Positions 11,859-23,720 of a stretch of 64,000 bases of DNA are shown one piece after another. Position numbers and translations under genes: made by a program. Under the pieces are notes generated by a model. That model made no database searches, was not told the origin of the DNA, and saw only the letters and a program-made list of their open reading frames with translations. The stretch is from Raillietiella orientalis (Eukaryota), in NCBI GenBank assembly GCA_036172245.1, contig JAYWIR010000008.1:3162001-3226000 (forward strand). Reading direction: 5' to 3'. Each line of letters starts with the position of its first letter. Position 1 is the first letter of the stretch.

Positions 11859-14059
11859 ATTGAAAACTGTAAAATGATTTTTTTTTTTTTTTTTTTGGAG
11901 ATTACGATGGGGGGGGAGGGGGGCGGGGATGGGCGCTTTCCTTCTGCCCTTCCTTTGTTTATAAACCACGTATGCTTACGTGGAAAGGTTTTTCAAGCTG
12001 GGAATCCGTCGGCGCATTTCCTCCCGTTCCACTGGAAGGGTGCGGCTGACCACCATGGCCAAGATGCTCCGGATCCGCAGACTCCTTGTTGAAATGCATT
12101 GTGGCGGGAAATCAGGGATCCGTGCAAACAAGGGAGGGGAGAAACCCTTCCCATCTTGCCCATACCTGGTCGCGGTGCCTCCGAAATCGCGGTGATTCAA
12201 AGAAGTCATGTGACATTTGGGCGAACAAATCGCTGGACATTTTTTTTTTTTTTTTTTCCTTCGAAGTATCTGCAAAGTCGAGGTCTTTGGCAACGTAAAG
12301 GCAAACGCACACGCTGACGCAGGTGGAGAGACGATTTCCATCCTCGTTCAAACTGTATGTTGAGTTTGCCTCCCTGTAGTGCTTGAGAAGGGGGGATCGA
12401 GATGGGAATTCCATCGAATTCAGATGGTAAGGTCTTGCCAACATTACGTTATACTTCCCAGTATATAAAGGATTAGGCATAAAGGAAAAAAGATGGCAGG
12501 TTTGAAAATTGGGATCCCGTCGTGTCTCAGGTCACAAGGTGTGTGCCGTGGCTCATAATCCGAGCATAATCGCGCCTAATCTCACGAAGAGCAAGTCCGG
12601 CCCAGCGCTTTGCTGAACACCCCCATTACGGTGGAGGGCCGCAAGATCATCCCTGTGCAAACGTAATAACCCCAAACAAATTGCAGTCACCGTTAGTGAT
12701 CTCCTCAGGTGGATCGTCGAAGCAAAAGTGTCTACCAATGGAACGCGTCCTGCGGAGGTTCTAATGCTTTCCCTTTTTATTGAACGGTTTGCTTCAGTTT
12801 CCCTGAAAGCAGTGCAAGGCTGTTGGTAACTGCAGGAGCGCTATTCGATCCATCCTTAGTGTTCTCGCAGAATTGGATTTTCTTCCGTTTTTCGCGGCAT
12901 CTTTTCGGGGCCTCCGTGGAGTTCGGCGTGTAAGCCTGAAGACGCTCTTTCAAACTGTGAAGCAACTAGTGCCACTCTTGTTTTATCTTCTGCTCCGCAA
13001 TGGATGTTAAGGGACAATGGACCAGCACAAATGATACGCGGAAAAAATCAAACGCGTATTCGTGAGCTCTGCGATGAAATGCCAAACCTCGGAACAGAGA
13101 GCGGGGCATTTTCTGTGCCACGGAGACCGTGAGGCAGAACACCGGTCTGGACGTTTCGTGGCAGCGGGAGGCTTCCGGCCAGAAAGAATTCGCGTATGCT
13201 CGAGGCTCGAGGGTATCAGCAGACTTTCCAGCAGCGTCGGCTCAATGCGACAGCTGCCAGCATTGCAGACTGCAGCTGTGTGCGTACGAAGAGCACATCG
13301 AGCAGTTCTTTCGAGATTGCGAAGAAACCAAGAGTTTCCCTGTTTGAGTGCAGGAGGGAAGACAACGCGCTTTTGCTCACGTGACGCCTCCAGAAGAAGC
13401 AAGGACAACCTTCACAGCAGGAAGCCGCCGCCAACGGCCATGCGGTGGGGAGTGGTACAAGGGTTGCTGTCAAATGAAACCCCCCTAGCACGTGTGTTGC
13501 GTATCGAGCCTTTGCATTCGTGTCGGAAAGCGACAGAAATCGTGGAACCACTTTGCCACACCGTTGGAGGGAAGTGAGTTCTGCGAGACGGATGGTGGTG
13601 GATTGGCGCGTGCTTGGCCACTGCGGTCCCATCGCACCTTTATCCGGGAGATCACATGGGAAGACACGGGGGGTGGGGGCAGCAAGTCTGTCACACGTTG
13701 CTCCCATTCCCACGGTCACACGGGATGCTCTCCAGTGTTCGTGGACCTAGCTTAGTGGGATAGCTTCGGCAAGCTCCAGGCCAGCTGCAGGTGCCGACTG
13801 TTCGGTGCAAAGCAAAACCTTCCTCTTCGAGCTTACCCATCAATCCACAGCCAGCTGCTGTTTGATTTGCGGCAGCATTTTGTGTGAGATGTGTGGATAT
13901 GTATGTAAGCGAACTAAATAATGCTAAATGAATTTACGCTCCCGTCAGGAGCCGCATTCCATGCCGTCGTCGGAGGCTCTGTGGCTGCTACGGTCTCCGC
14001 ACGTGGCACTACCAGACTCGACGGGCCCTCCCCCCGAAGTGGCAGGAGTCGGCGTTTTT

Positions 14060-14712
14060 GTTGCTGCACTGGGGGCTCCCTAGCAATGCCCACCGATCTC
14101 ACTGGACGAGGGGTGTTGTGGACCCGAACTGCGTCAGGTGTGGGCTACGGGAATCCCTCCTGCACCTGCTTTTTGACTATGTTGCCCTCCGGCCCCTGTG
14201 GTTGCGTTTTGCAACGGCCCTAGGTGCACCTTCGAACGCTCCCAGAGACGTGATTAAGCGCTTCTTTGTGCGCGATGCCCTTTCGTCTGCCCCAGCCCTA
14301 GCAGCGCTTTGCTGCCTACGTGGGATTGTGGAGCGACGCCTGAAGCAACGCCACTGGTGGGCAGCACGATAGGGACGGCATCTGCTCCGCCCTGGGCTTC
14401 CTGAGGACGGCAGCCAGATGGCCCCATCTGGGACATATGCGGATGGACCTTGCCGGCATCCTGGAAAGGCTGTAGAGGACGGCCTGCAGTGGAACGTTAT
14501 CCCTTCCCCAACACCCCCGATTTTGTAAATAGCATTTTCTTTATTTTTCTTTTTGTTTGTCTCCTCCCCCTCCATTGCCGAGCCGAACCTCGCCGGCCTG
14601 CGTGCCAGTGACTCAGCAAGTTCCGAACTCTTTCGGACGTTGTAGGGCCGATGGTCCTACACATGTTTGTTTGTTTGTTTCAAAATAAATCCCCCGGAGC
14701 ACCTGGGTGTCG
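14060..14712 (+). mobile_element. 3' fragment of an L1/Tx1-like non-LTR retrotransposon (zf-RVT domain plus structured 3' UTR)
   Basis: GLPSNAHR...DPNCVRCGLRESLLHLLF matches the zf-RVT CxxC-E-HLLF pattern. It is followed by the family 3' block (..MAPSGTYADGPCRHP..), a T-rich tract, hairpins and AATAAA at 14684-14689. Confidence 0.7.
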
Positions 14713-14714
14713 AA

Positions 14715-15440
14715 ACCAGACGTCGAGGGTTCGAATACCTCGAAACGAATCGACGCAGTGTGCCACGGGTTCGAGTTACTCCTGCAAGATGACGCTGTTT
14801 GGCCTGCATTCATCCGGGTGCGGCGCCGGTAGCAGCTCAAACCGATGAAGGCCGGGACAATGGGAGTCGACCTTCGGGTACTTCCAGCAATCAAGGAGTG
14901 GGAGCTATCCTTCGGTTGAGCAAAGGAGCGGATCCCCCGTTCCGGGGGGACCCTCCGTGGAGTAGGTGTGTCGCCACCACTCAAGAGAATGCAGAGAAAC
15001 GAGGCGATCCTTTCAGGGAGCGACCCTTCAGAGAAATTTGGAAGCTTCCCTCGGAGTCCTCTCCGGAGGAGTAAACAGGAGCGGTTCCCTTCCCGGGGTT
15101 CCCTCCAGAGAAGAAATTCCTACTAGCGGATCCTTTCCGGGTCCCCTTTGGAGAAGAAAAAATGGAGCGGATCCTTCCTGAATGTCCGTCCGGAGAGAAC
15201 AAGGAAGGAGATTCCCTTCGGGGGTTCCCCTTCGGAGACAACCAGAATGGGATCCGGGATCCCTCCCTCTCCATGAGCGAGAGGAGCGGACTCTGAGTCC
15301 TTCCTAGATTCATAGGGCGTTCCCTTCCCGGGGTGCCCCCTATCTTGAAGAATTGCACGCCGCACCCTCGAGTGGCGTGGAACAGCGTGAAAGAGCTGCG
15401 AAAACAGCGAAGAGTGAGAAAAAGGATTTCCCATCATCCC
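14715..15440 (+). mobile_element. SINE-like element X, copy 1 (B-box head, internal ~40-nt hairpin array)
   Basis: Two GGTTCGA motifs at the head, repeated TCCCTTCGGGG-type units and a 3' end ...gcgaaaacag...ccatcatcc. Homologous to inverted copies at 23.2, 43.0 and 51.4 kb. Confidence 0.65.
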
Positions 15441-16794
15441 TCCGTTCTCTTGAATGCTTCAGCATAATGTAAGGCACTAAGCAGGACCAGCAAGCATAGC
15501 CCCATGGAATGCCTCAGGATGTTTATCCACTTAGGCCAAAGAACCCGAGTGCTTTGAGTGATCAAAAAAGGAGCCTCCCAACTACGCATCCTCGAGCAGG
15601 TCCAAATTCTATGCAAAGGAAAGCGAGCTTTGAGGGGGTATTTTGGGCTCTGCAAGAGAACAGATGCTTTAAGTCTGATGATGCTGGGACTATTCAACTA
15701 AAGCACATCTTGATGTCTATATCAGGCACTATTTGAGTCTCTACTCATATCCCGGGAAACAACATTTCGTACCTGCTGGAGCTGCGGATACCTCCATCTC
15801 TAAACAGAAGAGTGTCTACCGCATCTCTTGCGGATTACCTGCTTCGGAGATACATCATACAGCCACATCTCTTGAGAAAGGCCGGATGCAGCTGACTTGT
15901 GTGACAGTGAGCGCATCATGGCAATCGACTGTACGAGGGGAAGCAGGCCTGCCGTGCAGCAACATCTCCCCGGATTGCTGAAGAACGTCATCATGAGATT
16001 CGATGCCAGACGCATCCTACTCCCGCGAAGATTCATGAGTTTCTCCTCAAGAGCTTGCTCTTGCGGAGCGCTGATATCCAACGTTGCCGTGCGCAACCCA
16101 CCCTGAATGCCGCCGCCATTCCTCTTGTTTCCTTCTTGACCGTTCGTCAGCTTTCCCGCCTCAACGCATCCTTCGGTTCCGTTCGTTTTCTCTCCCCCTC
16201 CCCCCTCCCATTCCCGCTAACCCGTTCCGCATGCGAGTTTCCTGCTGAGGTCGCGGGAAAAGCACACATCCCGTCTTTCTTCCAAGTTTGCACATCGGCC
16301 ACGTAGCGAGTGGGGGGATTATCCATCTTCCTATCAGCGTCTTTGGGTGTGCATCTTCTCGACCAGGTCCCTGCACGGGGACCTGGTCGAGCGCCGAAGG
16401 GTGTGCAACGCACGACGTCCAACGACATGCGCGGACGGGATTGCAGGACTCTTTACGAGGTCGGTGGCGCAGCCGCCGGGACCAGCGTTGCTCGTGGTAA
16501 CCGGCCTTCTCCCGCTGCAGCGAGAGGCGCATCTCGTTCCATCAGGAGAGCGTTTGAAGGCGCTCGGAATGAGGCGCAAGAAAGGAAAAAAAACACCAAA
16601 CATCTCTCGAACGCACGCCCTTTGGCCGTGTTTAAGGCATGCATTTACAGGTGCGTGCAAACAAACGGAAATGCTTCCCATACTTAATTGGGCATGTGGG
16701 AGGACACTCATCCTTAAAGACTGCCTCATAAAGAGAAGATAAACATGATGAAGAAAAGAATAGGAGCTGCGTCGATCTACATCCCGAACAATCA

Positions 16795-17535
16795 TTTAAA
16801 AAAATATATATATATTTATCTAGTATATATATTAGTATGTATTGTAAAGATAAAAAAATAAATATATGTGTGTTTCTTATGCATGTTAATATATTTGGAT
16901 TAACGTAGAGATCTATTTTAGCATATATTTACTGATATTTATTTGAACAAACATATTCATAATATAATTCACATGCATTAATATATTATTAATATGCATA
17001 CTAAAGTGTCTAAAAATAAATATATGTGTTTATTACTTACATTAATATGCAGATATTAAATATGCATTAAATGAATATATGAATATCGAAAAGACGATAG
17101 TGACGCCGAATCATTAGAATCAAAAATCACGACGACTTTGAAAAATAGTAGAAGCAAATTAGAACGCAAGCAAATTAAAAAAAAACAAAAAAAAAAAAGA
17201 AATTTGGCATTTAATTTTCCCATCACTCCAACACTCAATGAATAACACTTTCTTTGCAAATTACCAATTATGTTAACCAACTTTCGATCCTTTGATAAAT
17301 ATCCATGTTTATAATTCGATACTTATGTATTCTTTTAATGCTTATTTATTATATACACAGATATCTCAACATATATGACACACACATATATTTGCAATCT
17401 TTCATACACATGTCAATAATATGTCAATACGTATTATTAATAAATATACATAAACAGGAATGAATATTCATGTTGAAGTAAATTTGTGTATGAATCTATC
17501 TATCCAAACTACACAATAAACATATGTACTTATTT
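16795..17535. other. Very AT-rich low-complexity island inside the GC-rich block
   Basis: Abrupt shift to TA/ATAT-rich sequence; no recognisable coding potential or terminal repeats. Confidence 0.6.
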
Positions 17536-17894
17536 TTTGTGACCTTTCTGGATTTCGATCGTATTTTGAAAGGAAGCCGGAAGAACACGGAAGAGCTGCT
17601 GCTTTGTGACGGAAGATGAAAGGAAGCGAAGATCAGTAAGAAACAAAGAAAAGTCGCTCGCAAAGCCATCGAGCATCATCTGAGAAAGCAGGTCGGTCTT
17701 CTGGCCTAGTGTGAGGTCAGGAGACCGACCTATGCTCACGCAGCTCTTCTGAGCCACCCATCAGATCTCCCATTCGTGGAGCCTTCGGAGCTTCCTCGTC
17801 CCGCGGTATTGTGGCGGCTTGGAGTGGATCCGACGAAGCAGAAGATGTTAACGGAAGGGATGCCATGGAGTATGCAGCTCGCTTTCTGCGAATA

Positions 17895-18180
17895 GCATCC
17901 CGATGGCCCCACCTGGGGAATCTGTACCAGGCCCTCGTCGGCATCCTGCAAAGGATGGAAGCTCCACGCAACGGGCAGTGATCCCTTCCCGGCCCTCCAA
18001 TTGACAAGTGTTTGTACTTTTTGTTTTTCCCCCAACCCCATCCGTTGCCATGGAGTGTCAAGTCGGTCTGCGCACCGACCACCCGACAGCTCCACAGAAC
18101 TATTGGCCGCAGCGGGGCCTTGTACCTCAAAGACTGTAAGTTTTTTAAATAAACGCCCCGGCTTGACCGGGTGGAAACGT
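17895..18180 (+). mobile_element. Diverged 3' end of the L1/Tx1-like family
   Basis: gatggccccacctgggga..cggcatcctg..gtgatcccttccc block, T-rich tract, GTCGGT-CTGCGC-ACCGAC hairpin, AATAAA (18148-18153) and CCCGG-CTTGA-CCGGG hairpin. Confidence 0.6.
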
Positions 18181-18613
18181 CCCGGCTCGCCTCGCTCAGG
18201 ACCTTTCCCTTCGAACCGGCCAAAGTTCTCCTTGAGGTGGTCACACGGGTAGCTCCACAAGAGCGGCTGAGTCTGAGATTACCCGAGCGGAAGAGCGTCC
18301 GGATGAAAAAGATCCGAAGGCGCTCACCGCAACCTCACAAAACAGAAAAACCATCCGCGCCGACATTATCTCCTAAGGACGGAGACAGGAGATTGTAAGG
18401 AAGACACGACACAGTTTCACACGGGATCCGAAGTCCCGCTCAGAAAAAAGCGACACAAAACAAACAAAAGGAACACCAATCAGAGAGCACGTGGTATGCG
18501 TGCAGAAAGAAAGAAAAAAAAAAAACAGGACAGCAACCAGTAGGCTGCTCAAAATCCAAAACACCGCAGGAGCCGTGAAATCAAAAGGGTGATGTCTTCT
18601 GGTGACGACCACC

Positions 18614-19822
18614 TCCGATGACGAGGCAAATCCTGAGTAGCAACCACACGACCCTCTGTTTCCACGCCATCGCTTCCGCCTTTCCAAGCCGCTACCCACA
18701 CCCGCAGGCCTCCGGCGGCGCACGGAGTGCGCTTCGCAGCCATCACCCACCGGCATCGAGTCGGCGAGGGTCCAGCCGCTTGGAGGCGGGGCAAGGGTCG
18801 GATCGCCGAGCACGTTCTCGGCGTCCGCCCTTTCGTCCGCCTCCCAACCTCACTCCCAAGCTCCGCGCGTAGAAACCGGCGGTCAGGCACCTTCTCGACG
18901 ACGGGGGGCGACAGCACGCCCGGGACCGCGAACCTCGCGCGCGCACCCTTCGCGCCGAAGACGGGCAGCGGCGCGCCGTTCGCGGACTGCCTGGGGGAGA
19001 GGGCTGGTGGGGAGGAGAGGGGATACCCGCGCGCGCGTGGGAGAGTGCGCCTCCGTCACTCGTGTGCTGAAGCCGGCGCGCGAAGCAGGAGGCGCTCCCG
19101 GTCCGGCGCGGAAAGAAAAGTCACTGTCGGGATGGCGGTTTCCTGTTTGTCATTCGACAGGGACCCGACGCCGTGCGAGCGGGTCCTGGCGACTCCAAGA
19201 GTGCTGGTTACGGCTGCTCATTTGGGTGCGCGTCTCTGTCAAGCTCTCGTCCGATGCCCGAGGATCCGGAAAGTGCTCGCTGCCTTCTCCAGAAGCGTGC
19301 ATGCATCCGATTTCTGGAGCCCATCTCATCCCAAGGATCCATGCACAGCGGCACCCTGTGGGAAGAGGAAGCGTCCTCGTCCCTGAGGAGGAGGGGCAGC
19401 GAGGCGAGTGCGCTTACTGGAATCTCGTCCTCTAGGTGGAGGCGAGCATCTCGTCTTTCGCCGTCGTCCCCTTCAACTCGGCAGAGCTTTCCGGGAGCTC
19501 CCTCTGCAGCTTCCTACGCAGCGCCTTCTCGCGGCTGCACTCCTCTTCAGTCTCCTCCAGCTTCCTCTTGAGGACCTGCATTCTGCTCTTCTCCTGGAAA
19601 GCGCAAAGGGCGGAGGAGCAACAGGGTTGAGCGAGCCCAACAAGCGAGGTCGGAGAGAGGATTCTGCGCGTGTCATTGCCTGGTCCATCTGCTTTCTGCT
19701 CGATGTGAGTTGTTTGCGTTCATCTTGCAGCTCCTGCTTCAAATTCTGGATCTTCTCCTCCTTCTGGTGACAGGCTTCCTGGTTCTGCTGCGCCTCTCTG
19801 GAGACGGTTGGCAGGTGAATGC
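18614..19822. repeat. Outer inverted-repeat arm, left (1209 bp; partner 25759-26967)
   Basis: Near-identical reverse complement of 25759-26967; the ORF track shows identical translations on opposite strands. Confidence 0.97.
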
Positions 19823-21133
19823 CCCGCAGCTAGAAGAAGAAATGCTTACTTCAGTTGAGTTTCCAGCATCTCCCGCAATTCCAATATTCTGCTTTTCAGT
19901 TGCGCCTGTGTTTCCTCTTCTTCCTGGGAGTGGCTGGTTTCCAACTCCTGTTGTTCCATGACTTGTTCGATCTGCTGCTCCAGGCTCTCGATAAGGAAGT
20001 TGTTCTTTTCGGCCTCTATGCTCTTAATTGGAGGTAATCTTCTGAGCTTGTCGACCTTCTTCTGTATCTCGGACATATGAATCTGTAGATCTCTCCGTTT
20101 CTTATCCATCCCTTCCACCATTTTTTCCATGATCCACAGCTGGGCTCGCAGCCCCAAGTTGGCTTTGGAGAGAGAATTCCTTCGAGACGATGCAGAGGTG
20201 AAGAGGGCTTCGCTCTATTCCCCTTTACTTACAATTCGCTCACTTCGGACTCGGCTTCTTTCAGCAGCGTCTGTTGCTCAGTCTCCGCCAACTCCAAACT
20301 CTTTTCCAACTCCGAGATCTTCTCCATCCCTTCCCTTAGAGTGGCTTCACTCTGTATCGTACGATTCTCTTCGTCCACCTTCTCCTGATCTATCTGTTCG
20401 AGGCGTTCCGAGGCGGAGTGAAACTGCAGCTGGCGGTCATACACCTGCAACTGCTCCAGAGAAAGAAAACGACAAGGTGCTGGCTGACCACCTCTACCAA
20501 CCGCCATCAACCTTTAGCTGGTGCAGTTCCTTCAGCACTCCGCTCGCCTGCTTATGCTCGGACTCGAAAGCTTGGCTCAGCTCACCGAGTCGTTGGCTCT
20601 CTTCCTCCAAGCTCTTCTGTGCCTCGATGCGCTTCCGTCGCTCTTCTCCGAGTTCTCCTTCCAGCTTAACCACTGTCTTCAGACGGAACTTCTTCTCGCT
20701 CATGCAATTAGTTTTTCTTCTTCTATGACCTTGCAGAATGGTTTTTTCGTCCCAAAGCTCATGTTTCATCTTCTTCTCTGTATCCAGACACTTCAGCAAA
20801 GTAACTTCTATCCGGTTCGCGTGTTCTCGAAGCTGACGCAAGTCACTCTCATTTGGGGGTCCTTCCTTTCCAGCACTGGTTCCCGACAACTTACTCTGGC
20901 TCATCTGAAAAGGAATCCCAGCGTGAACAAACATCGACGGCTGACACCCCAAACACGGACCCTCTCTTTGTGCGCGCCAACGTCCCGGAACACACAGCGA
21001 CACAGCCGAGAACTCTGGACGGTGCAGGAAGGCAACGTACGGGAATTTTGAGCGTGTCGATTGCGGCACCTTGCTCCTCGCCCTTGCGGATTTCGAACTG
21101 GATTTCAATTCTCCGGCTGCGAGGCGTTTCCAT
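19432..21133 (-). CDS. Motor-less coiled-coil protein with a myosin-II-tail-like C-terminus, paralog A (~437 aa, 6 exons)
   Basis: Exons 21133-21041, 20904-20512, 20450-20233, 20179-19850, 19797-19680 and 19593-19432 join in frame; last intron GC-AG; caccATGG start. The C-terminus DERKQLTSSRKQMDQEKSRMQVLKRKLEETEEECSREKALRRKLQRELPES resembles the end of the non-muscle myosin II rod (..LKRQLEEAEEE..RRKLQRELED). Confidence 0.8.
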
Positions 21134-21540
21134 GGTGACCACGCCTTGTTTGGCCCGTCGGATGCAAAGGTGACGATGGTGGGGTTCGGCTTCTTCTCCT
21201 TCTTTCCAGCTTTTTCGCCCGTCGGGCGGATGCGAGCAACATCCTGCTGCTGTTGGCGGGGCGGCCCAGCTGGTCAGCGCGGAAGGCGGTTCCGCGTGCG
21301 TTTGCGTGACGGCCGTGGGCCGCGCCACCGGAGAAGACCGCGGGCGGAGCGGTGGTGAAAGAGGGCCGTGCCGCAGCGGAGGGATTGCCCGATTTTTTTT
21401 CCTTCCGACGCCGCAACCACCGAGATCCCGATCGAAGTGTCGAGAGACGAAGCTGCCATTTTGGGGGAAGCGACCGGCTTGCCGCTACCCGTTCCCGAGC
21501 GTGGGGGGTTTCCCGTCGGGCTCAACTCGCCCTCTTATCC
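20867..21540. repeat. Inner inverted-repeat arm, left (674 bp; partner 24023-24696)
   Basis: Reverse complement of 24023-24696 with only about two substitutions seen. Covers the upstream region, exon 1, intron 1 and the start of exon 2. Confidence 0.97.
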
Positions 21541-22218
21541 GGTGGTAAGCTTTCAGTGAATGCACGTCTTTTCGCAAGTAAGGATCTGCTTTGTTCGCTT
21601 CTGAGGATGCTTTTATCTGCTGCCTGTCTTGGGAGACTCGGCTTGCCTCTAGGAAACACCAGCTTGATAAGGAAAAGTGCATAGGCGATCAGGACCGTCC
21701 CGAGTTCTCCATGAGGCTGCCGCAGACGTAGGAAAACTAGGAATCATCACTCCCGATGCCAGTGCTATTCCACTTCCGTGATGACAACTGGTGGAAACCG
21801 CCTGCTCATTCGCCCGCAAAAGGAGCATAACCGTAGCCGAGTGTTTGGTTGGATTGGTTGGTGTGTGACGACGACGCTACAGTGACTTCAATACAGAGAC
21901 GACGTGATCGTTGGTGCCTCTTTGTGGCTGTGGAGTGGCTGCCACCGAAACTCACAAGCTGCGCTCCCTCTCAATTCAATCTACCCTCACTGTTAGCTGC
22001 TGGAATGTAGAGATAATCTTTTCGTGTCGCCTTATAAAATGTAAACCCAAAACATTTTCATTTTAAAAACAAAAAAAATTTCAACCTAAACCCAGCCTCA
22101 AACTTTCATATCCCACACCACAGCAACAGCAATGATTCAATTTTAAAGCTGCCGCTCTTCCCTCAGGATCCCTCGAGCAAGAAGGAGTGCCTTTACGAAT
22201 CACTTTTGCCTGGAGGAA

Positions 22219-22571
22219 GTGATTGAACTGGAAGGAGAACTCGGAGAAGAGCGCAGAAGAGCTTGGAGGAAGAGAGCCAACGACTCGGTGAGCTGAGCCA
22301 AGCTTTCGAGTCCGAGCATAAGCAGGCGAGCAGAGTGCCGCAGCAACTGCACGAGCCACCGGTTGATGGCGGTTGGTAGAGGTGGTCAGCCAGCACCTTG
22401 TCGTTTTCTTTCTCTGGAGCAGTTCCAGGTGTATGACCTCCAGCTGCAGCTTTACTCCGCCTCGAAAAACGCCTCGAACAGATAGATCAGGAGAAGATGG
22501 ATGAAGAGAATCCTACGATGCAGAGGGAAGCCATTCTAAAGGAAGGGAAGGAGCAGATCTTAAAGCTGGAA
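22219..22571 (+). pseudogene. Fragmentary third copy of paralog A (end of exon 2, intron 2, start of exon 3)
   Basis: Reverse complement of ~20308-20675 with the intron retained, an internal deletion (gagcg..cagaagagc) and a 2-nt insertion (cgaaaaacg versus cggaacg) that shifts the frame. Confidence 0.88.
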
Positions 22572-23220
22572 TCGGCACGTTTCCTTGGCATGGAAAGTCG
22601 TTGGAAAGTGCAGATTCCATCTGAACTCGATCCTTGGAATAAATTCCTGTTCATCGTTGGCAAACGCGCAGTTCACCATTGGTCGAATTTTTTGCGACAC
22701 GAAACCCTTTCGAACGAAGCGTGCACGTTCCAAGAGGATTGGGTTTGCAGCTCCGAGTGGTCTTCTGAGGGGCTGACCCTTCCGCATTTTCAATAGGGAG
22801 AAAAGCTCACTCGAGACGGATCAGGATTCCCGAAGCACTGGTTACCAAAAAGCTTCTCAAGAGTGGCTTCCTTCCACTCCTAGGAACCGATGCATCGTGG
22901 AATCGGTGAGTCGCGTTGGCAGAAGCTTGCTGCTTTCCCTGCCACCTCCCAGAATCCGTGTAGTGCTTTGTGAACTCTTTGGAGCCATTGTTTGCCGGGT
23001 TGTTTTGTGTTTTTAGCCAGTTTACGTCAACTGGTCACCGCCCGCCTATCGATGCCTTCCAGCATTGGAGCGTCACGCTTTGTCAGCAAGAAACACTGCA
23101 GTTTGATGGACTCCGTGCTTCTTGTATTAGAGACTTCGGTCATGCTAGCAGCTTACCCGAAGTCTTTCCTTTCCGAGTAAGAAAATGCATCACGATTGAA
23201 TGGAATGCAGTCATTATCGG
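22572..23220 (-). mobile_element. Highly decayed CR1/L2-like reverse transcriptase fragment
   Basis: Weak motif remnants in the expected order: ..APQ.. (cf. GVPQG), CAFAND (cf. FADD), RWNLHF..FHAKETC (cf. WxMxFNxxKC). Confidence 0.35.
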
Positions 23221-23224
23221 CCCA

Positions 23225-23720
23225 GGATAATAGGAGTCCTTTGGAGTTCCTCTGTTTTCGCTGCTTTCCTTCTAGCTTTTTTTTCTTCTGGTTTCCTTCG
23301 TTTTGGTTCGCCAAGTGCTGAAGAACCGTCCTCCTCTTCAGAGGTGACTTACGAAGATCTTTGACACCGTTTACACCATCCCAGAGTGTGTGTAACTCTT
23401 CAAGCTAGAGGGTTACTCAGGAGGGACCACCCTGTGAATCCAGGAAGGACTCCGAAAGGACGCTCCCCAATTTCTCTGGAAGGTCGTCCCCCTAAGGGGT
23501 TAGAGTACTTTACACTCTGGGGAGGCAATCATCCAGGGAGCTATCAGAACGCTATGGAGGGTCGTGTCCCGAGGGTCGCATTCTCACAACCGGATGGGAA
23601 CTCCCCCAAGGGAACTGGCTCCGTGATTCTTGGAAGAACCCTGAAAGGTCGACTTCCAATCCTAACCACACAACGGGGGCATCCGGCTTCTACCAGTGCC
23701 GGGCCCGAAACCCGTGGACC
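23225..23720 (-). mobile_element. SINE-like element X, copy 2 (partial, head missing)
   Basis: Shares ttcgctgctttccttct, gtgctgaagaaccg, actcttcaag, ttctcacaaccgg and gaaggtcgacttccaatcct blocks with 42965-43760 and 51400-52175. Confidence 0.7.

Noticed and set aside
11960..13900. Candidate coding segments downstream of MMAB
   Set aside because: No identifiable homology; possibly degraded transposon sequence.
14575..14665. HDV-like or hammerhead ribozyme in the retroelement 3' UTR
   Set aside because: ACCTCGC resembles HDV L3, but I could not build the nested double pseudoknot, and there is no CUGANGA/GAAA core.
14900..15330. CRISPR-like or iteron array in element X
   Set aside because: Units are degenerate with no unique spacers and no cas genes, in a eukaryotic context.
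18618..19435. Long overlapping ORFs (e.g. 219 aa) duplicated at 26146-26972
   Set aside because: Arg/Pro/Gly-rich ORFs expected in GC-rich DNA; their identity only reflects the inverted repeat.
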